From an uncultured Candidatus Saccharibacteria bacterium (lineage in GTDB: Bacteria > Patescibacteriota > Minisyncoccia > Phycocordibacterales > DATDWN01), in assembly GCA_964452635.1 (NCBI GenBank), contig CAYVMP010000006.1:1-37599 (forward strand): a stretch of 37,599 nucleotides of DNA, written 5' to 3'. A program made the position numbers and the translations under genes. Each line of letters opens with the position of its first letter. The first letter of the stretch is position 1. The notes beneath the pieces are model-generated. The model searched no databases. It saw nothing but the letters and a program-made list of their open reading frames with translations, and was not told the origin of the DNA. Positions 33,554 through 37,599 of this stretch are shown here, one piece after another.

Positions 33554-35011
33554 ATGGCTTCACTCGAAGAGATAAAATCCGCACGTTTGGCGAAGTTGGA
33601 ACTACTTAAATCAAAAGGAATTAATCCGTATCCTGCTCGTGTACCAAGAGATTTTCCTATCACAGAGCTTAAATCTAATTTTGAAACATATTCACAGAAG
33701 GCACAGCCTATCTCGGTTGCTGGACGAATCATGGTTATTCGTGGACAGGGCGCGATTCTCTTCGCAGTCCTCTTTGATGGTACAGAAAAAATCCAAGCAA
33801 TTATAAAAAAAGATGTATTATTGGAAGAAGTTTTTTCTCTGTTTACAGATACAGTAGATATGGGAGATTTTATTTCGGTGACGGGTGTGCCGATGACCTC
33901 TGATCGTGGTGAGCCAAGTGTACTCGTATCACAGTGGATAATGGCAGGAAAATCACTTCTACCGCTTCCAGAAAAATGGCATGGGTTGCAGGATATTGAT
34001 GAGAGATATCGAAAACGATATTTGGATTTTCTGATGAACGCCGAGTTGAGAGAATTAGTAGTGAAAAAGTCAAAGTTTTGGGATGCTACTCGAATGTTTC
34101 TAAAAGAGAATCATTTTATTGAAGTCGAGACACCAACCCTTGAAGTAACTACAGGTGGTGCAGAAGCAGAGCCATTTAAAACACATCACAATGACTACGA
34201 TCTAGATGTGTATTTGCGTATTTCGGTTGGAGAGCTTTGGCAGAAACGTCTCATGGCTGGAGGGTTTTCTCGTACATTTGAAATAGGACGTGTGTACCGA
34301 AATGAAGGTTCAAGTCCAGATCATACACAGGAATTTACCAATCTTGAATTCTATGCATCGTTTATGGATTATATCGAAGGGATTGATTTCACTGAGCGAC
34401 TCATTAAATACGTTGCACAGGAGACGTTTGGTACTCTCTCGTTCGAGAGTCGGGGAGAGAAATTTACACTTGAAGGACAGTGGCCTAAAATTTCGTACAC
34501 AGAGGTGATTAAAGAGAAAACAGGTATTGATATTCTCACAGCAACTCCTCTCGAGATGGAACACAAACTTACAGAGCTTGGTGTGAAATACGAGGGGACA
34601 AACGCAGAACGTCTTACAGATACACTCTGGAAGTATTGTCGCAAACAAATAGTTGGTCCAGCGTGGCTCATTGATGTTCCTAAAATAGTATCACCACTCT
34701 CTAAATCAAAAGTGGAAAATCCAAATATCACAGAAAGAGTTCAGCTCATTCTTCTCGGTGCTGAATGTTCAAATGGTTTTTCTGAACTCAACGACCCGAT
34801 TGATCAAAAGGAAAGATTTGAAGGTCAGCAGAAACTGATTGATGCTGGTGACAAGGAAGCAATGATGCCTGATATGGAGTTTGTTGAGATGCTTGAGTAC
34901 GGAATGCCACCGACATTTGGGTTTGCATACGGTGATCGACTGTTTGCATTTCTTGCCGATAAACCACTTCGAGAATTACAGCTGTTTCCTCTGATGAGAC
35001 CGAAGAATTAA
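33554..35011 (+). CDS. lysS: Lysine--tRNA ligase (class II)
   Basis: An OB anticodon-binding domain and class II motifs 1-3 are present. The start is chosen at MASLEEIKSARL. Confidence 0.9.
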   Translation: MASLEEIKSARLAKLELLKSKGINPYPARVPRDFPITELKSNFETYSQKAQPISVAGRIMVIRGQGAILFAVLFDGTEKIQAIIKKDVLLEEVFSLFTDTVDMGDFISVTGVPMTSDRGEPSVLVSQWIMAGKSLLPLPEKWHGLQDIDERYRKRYLDFLMNAELRELVVKKSKFWDATRMFLKENHFIEVETPTLEVTTGGAEAEPFKTHHNDYDLDVYLRISVGELWQKRLMAGGFSRTFEIGRVYRNEGSSPDHTQEFTNLEFYASFMDYIEGIDFTERLIKYVAQETFGTLSFESRGEKFTLEGQWPKISYTEVIKEKTGIDILTATPLEMEHKLTELGVKYEGTNAERLTDTLWKYCRKQIVGPAWLIDVPKIVSPLSKSKVENPNITERVQLILLGAECSNGFSELNDPIDQKERFEGQQKLIDAGDKEAMMPDMEFVEMLEYGMPPTFGFAYGDRLFAFLADKPLRELQLFPLMRPKN

Positions 35012-35054
35012 CTTTTAATTTTCCGTAAAAAATGTATAATACCGAACGACTATC

Positions 35055-35972
35055 ATGAACCGAGACTATACTATTATTTTGTTTTATAAATACATTCATA
35101 TCGAAAATCCAGAACAGTTAAAAGCTGAACAGGTTCAACTTGCGTCATCTCTCGGACTCACGGGCAGAGTGATTGTTGCACATGAGGGTATCAACGCAAC
35201 ATATGAAGGTACCAATGAAAACATTGAAAAATATCTAAACGTATACCTTGCTGATCCTCGGTTTTCCGACACACATATAAAAAGGAGTGTGGGTACAGGT
35301 GATGCATTTCCAAAGTTATCTGTGAAAGTAAGAAAGGAAATCGTTTCTCTGCACCTCGGTGATGAGGATTTTAGTCCAACGGAGGTGACAGGTAAACGAC
35401 TCTCTCCTCAAGAACTCAAAGAATGGTTTAAAAATAAAAAAGTGGGTGAGGATTTTTACATCATTGATATGCGCAATGATTATGAACATGCAGTTGGACA
35501 TTTTGAAGGTTCAATACTTCCTCCACTCTCAAATTTCCGAGATATACCTCAGGTGATGAGTGATCTTGAACAATATAAAGATAAACCAGTGGTTCCTGTG
35601 TGTACTGGTGGTGTGCGATGTGAGAAAGCATCTGGATATTTAATCAAGAAAGGTTTTCAAGATGTATATCAGCTTGATGGCGGAATAGTGAGTTATATGG
35701 AACAATTTCCGGCACAAGAGTTTAAAGGCACACTGTACGTGTTTGACCGACGAGTGACGATGGACTTTGACCCTAAAGACAAACATGTTGTCGTTGGAGT
35801 GTGTGCACTTTGTGGAATTCCATCAGAGAGGTATGTGAACTGTAGGAATCCGCGATGTAATAAACATTTCATATCGTGTGAACAGTGCACTGAAAATACT
35901 CGTTTCTGTAATCCTGAATGTGAGGCACAGGTTGTACTCAAGACATCAGATACTACCCCGATTCATGCGTAA
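35055..35972 (+). CDS. trhO: Rhodanese-domain tRNA uridine(34) hydroxylase (TrhO/YceA family) with a Cys-rich C-terminal extension
   Basis: The IILFYKY N-terminus, a rhodanese domain with active-site CTGGVRC, and a C-terminal Cys cluster. Confidence 0.75.
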   Translation: MNRDYTIILFYKYIHIENPEQLKAEQVQLASSLGLTGRVIVAHEGINATYEGTNENIEKYLNVYLADPRFSDTHIKRSVGTGDAFPKLSVKVRKEIVSLHLGDEDFSPTEVTGKRLSPQELKEWFKNKKVGEDFYIIDMRNDYEHAVGHFEGSILPPLSNFRDIPQVMSDLEQYKDKPVVPVCTGGVRCEKASGYLIKKGFQDVYQLDGGIVSYMEQFPAQEFKGTLYVFDRRVTMDFDPKDKHVVVGVCALCGIPSERYVNCRNPRCNKHFISCEQCTENTRFCNPECEAQVVLKTSDTTPIHA

Positions 35973-36657
35973 ATTTTATTACTATACTCCCATATTGTTA
36001 CAAAAAATCGGTTATATTATTTTTTATTTTGTATACCGTGTGTTTGTTCGGATTGAGGTGGTTGGACGGGAACATATTATGCATGTGACTGGTCCCATTA
36101 TTATCGCAACAAATCATACAAGTGAACTAGATGTGACGGCAATACCTCTCGTGTTGCCGTTTTTTTCTACTTTTTTCCCAATATACTTTGTATCAAATAA
36201 AACTGAGAAGTATAAAACATTTGGCTGGAGAAGCTATATCTACGGTGGAGTTTTCTTTAACATGCTTGGTGGATATGCATCACATTCTGGGTATACTGAC
36301 TACGGGATTGCACTTACTGATCATATTGAACTGTTGAGACAGGGACACACAGTGTGTATTTTTCCTGAGGGGAAACGTACTCGGGATGGTAATATAAATC
36401 CAGCCCGTGGTGGGTTGGCATATTTGGTGCATGCAACACGGGCACATGTTGTTCCTGTTGCCATCGACACCTTCTTCCACCTATCACTGTGGGATTTTCT
36501 TACATTTCAGAGGAAGGTAGTGATACGCATTGGTCAACCACTTTCCCCAGAGGAGATTATTTCGATTAACACACCAATTACTGACATTACTGTTGATGAG
36601 TTTCGCCACGGTGGGGAAGTTGTGTTGGAGAAAATTGGTGAAATGTTGGAAATGTAG
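35965..36657 (+). CDS. plsC: 1-acyl-sn-glycerol-3-phosphate acyltransferase (PlsC/LPLAT family); translationally coupled to trhO (ATGCGTAA overlap)
   Basis: NHTSELD (the HX4D motif) and FPEGKRTRDG (the FPEG motif). Confidence 0.8.
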   Translation: MRKFYYYTPILLQKIGYIIFYFVYRVFVRIEVVGREHIMHVTGPIIIATNHTSELDVTAIPLVLPFFSTFFPIYFVSNKTEKYKTFGWRSYIYGGVFFNMLGGYASHSGYTDYGIALTDHIELLRQGHTVCIFPEGKRTRDGNINPARGGLAYLVHATRAHVVPVAIDTFFHLSLWDFLTFQRKVVIRIGQPLSPEEIISINTPITDITVDEFRHGGEVVLEKIGEMLEM

Positions 36658-36671
36658 TAGTGTAGACTGAT

Positions 36672-37599
36672 ATGAAAAATAAAAAAACAAATACATACAA
36701 ATGGAATTTGAGTTTGTTGTATAAAAATGATGCAGATCCACAGATTGAGAAAGATTTGAAAAATATTGAATCAGTGTGTATTCAGTTTGAGAAAAAATAT
36801 AAAAACAAAAATTTTATTGATACTCCGCAATCGCTACACAAAGGACTTACGGACTACGAATCTCTGAGCGAAACAATAAATGGCAGTAAACCATGGTGGT
36901 ACTTCGCCCTACTTCAGAAACTGGATTCTCGTAGTAACCGTGCAAATGCTACATCGACAATATACGAACAGCGGATTACTCATGCGACAAATAGAATAAC
37001 TTTTTTCGAGCTTGCGATAGCACATATACCTAAGAAAGATCATGCAAAATTTTTGTCATATCCGAAACTTATTCCATTTCGATACATGCTCGAAAAGATT
37101 TTTAGACACGCTCAGCACAACCTATCAGAAGGAGAGGAACAATTAGCAGGTCTGCTCTCTCAGACAAGCTATACGATGTGGGAGGAAGGTCAGAGTCGAA
37201 TTCTCAACCAGAAAATAATTTTCCACAATGGGGAGGAGTTGCCAATCGCAAAGGCAGTGTCACTCTTTTCGGATTTGCCAACATCGGAGAGACGAGAAGT
37301 GTATAAAAAAATTATTGATACTTTCAAAACATGCGCTGATTTTGCGGACTCTGAAATTAATGCCATATATACGTATAAGAAAATAATGGATGAGCGTCGG
37401 GGATATGCACAACCATATAGTGCCACAATACTGGGTTATGAAAACAAAGAGAAAACCGTCGGCACTCTTGTCTCTCTTGTCACTAAAAATTTTTCAATTA
37501 GTCATCGATTTTATCGTCTTCACGCAAAGATACTTGGAGATACGGTGACATATGCAGATAAAAATGTAAAAGCAGGGGAGATTAAGAGAAAATTTAGTT
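36672..37599 (+). CDS. pepF: M3-family oligoendopeptidase F, N-terminal part; 3' end lies outside the window. Not in the ORF track because no stop codon falls within the window
   Basis: The frame is open from the ATG at 36672 to the window edge. The N-terminal region (WNLSLLYKNDADPQIEKDLKNIE...) resembles the PepF N-terminal helical domain. Confidence 0.55.
   Translation, partial: MKNKKTNTYKWNLSLLYKNDADPQIEKDLKNIESVCIQFEKKYKNKNFIDTPQSLHKGLTDYESLSETINGSKPWWYFALLQKLDSRSNRANATSTIYEQRITHATNRITFFELAIAHIPKKDHAKFLSYPKLIPFRYMLEKIFRHAQHNLSEGEEQLAGLLSQTSYTMWEEGQSRILNQKIIFHNGEELPIAKAVSLFSDLPTSERREVYKKIIDTFKTCADFADSEINAIYTYKKIMDERRGYAQPYSATILGYENKEKTVGTLVSLVTKNFSISHRFYRLHAKILGDTVTYADKNVKAGEIKRKFS

Noticed and set aside
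1-37599. CRISPR arrays, rRNA genes and intact tRNA genes
   Set aside because: No regularly spaced short direct repeats were found. No rRNA-like conserved segments were found. Apart from the fragment at 14803-14830, no canonical T-arm motifs were found.

Overview
This 37.6-kb window is AT-rich (~42% GC) and densely packed with housekeeping genes, mostly in short operon-like runs. On the + strand: pheT (5'-partial), gyrB, rnhB, rpmF, a nusB fusion, rnc, a short smc, uvrA, a short uvrC, proS, mreB-mreC-mreD-like-mrdA, greA, lysS, trhO, plsC and pepF (3'-partial). On the − strand: thrS, dnaE and rnr. Many of these proteins are shortened or lack accessory domains: ThrRS has no TGS domain, ProRS has no INS editing domain, UvrC has no HhH domain, SMC is ~764 aa, MreD is 84 aa and PBP2 is 567 aa. 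That pattern suggests a reduced-genome bacterium, possibly a Patescibacteria/CPR-like lineage; this is inference only. Promoters often read as TTGACA-like −35 elements or extended −10 elements (TGnTAnnnT, frequently TATCAT), and several mRNAs appear leaderless or to have very short leaders. Beyond the annotated genes, the sequence contains several unexplained structures:
- A single GC-rich (~58-60% GC) flotillin/SPFH gene with foreign codon usage.
- An identical 40-nt palindromic element inserted in-frame in both gyrB and smc.
- A ~190-nt intergenic element family with ~35-bp inverted-repeat arms and compensatory (covarying) substitutions between copies, present in two full copies plus one mini copy.
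- A tandem duplication of a small membrane-protein gene. Both flanks, including promoter and terminator, are nucleotide-identical, while the interiors have diverged in a mosaic pattern.
- Two promoter-to-terminator noncoding transcripts of unknown identity.
- A tRNA/tmRNA-like T-arm and acceptor 3' fragment in a structured ~300-nt noncoding region downstream of rnc.
No CRISPR array, rRNA gene or intact tRNA gene was found.
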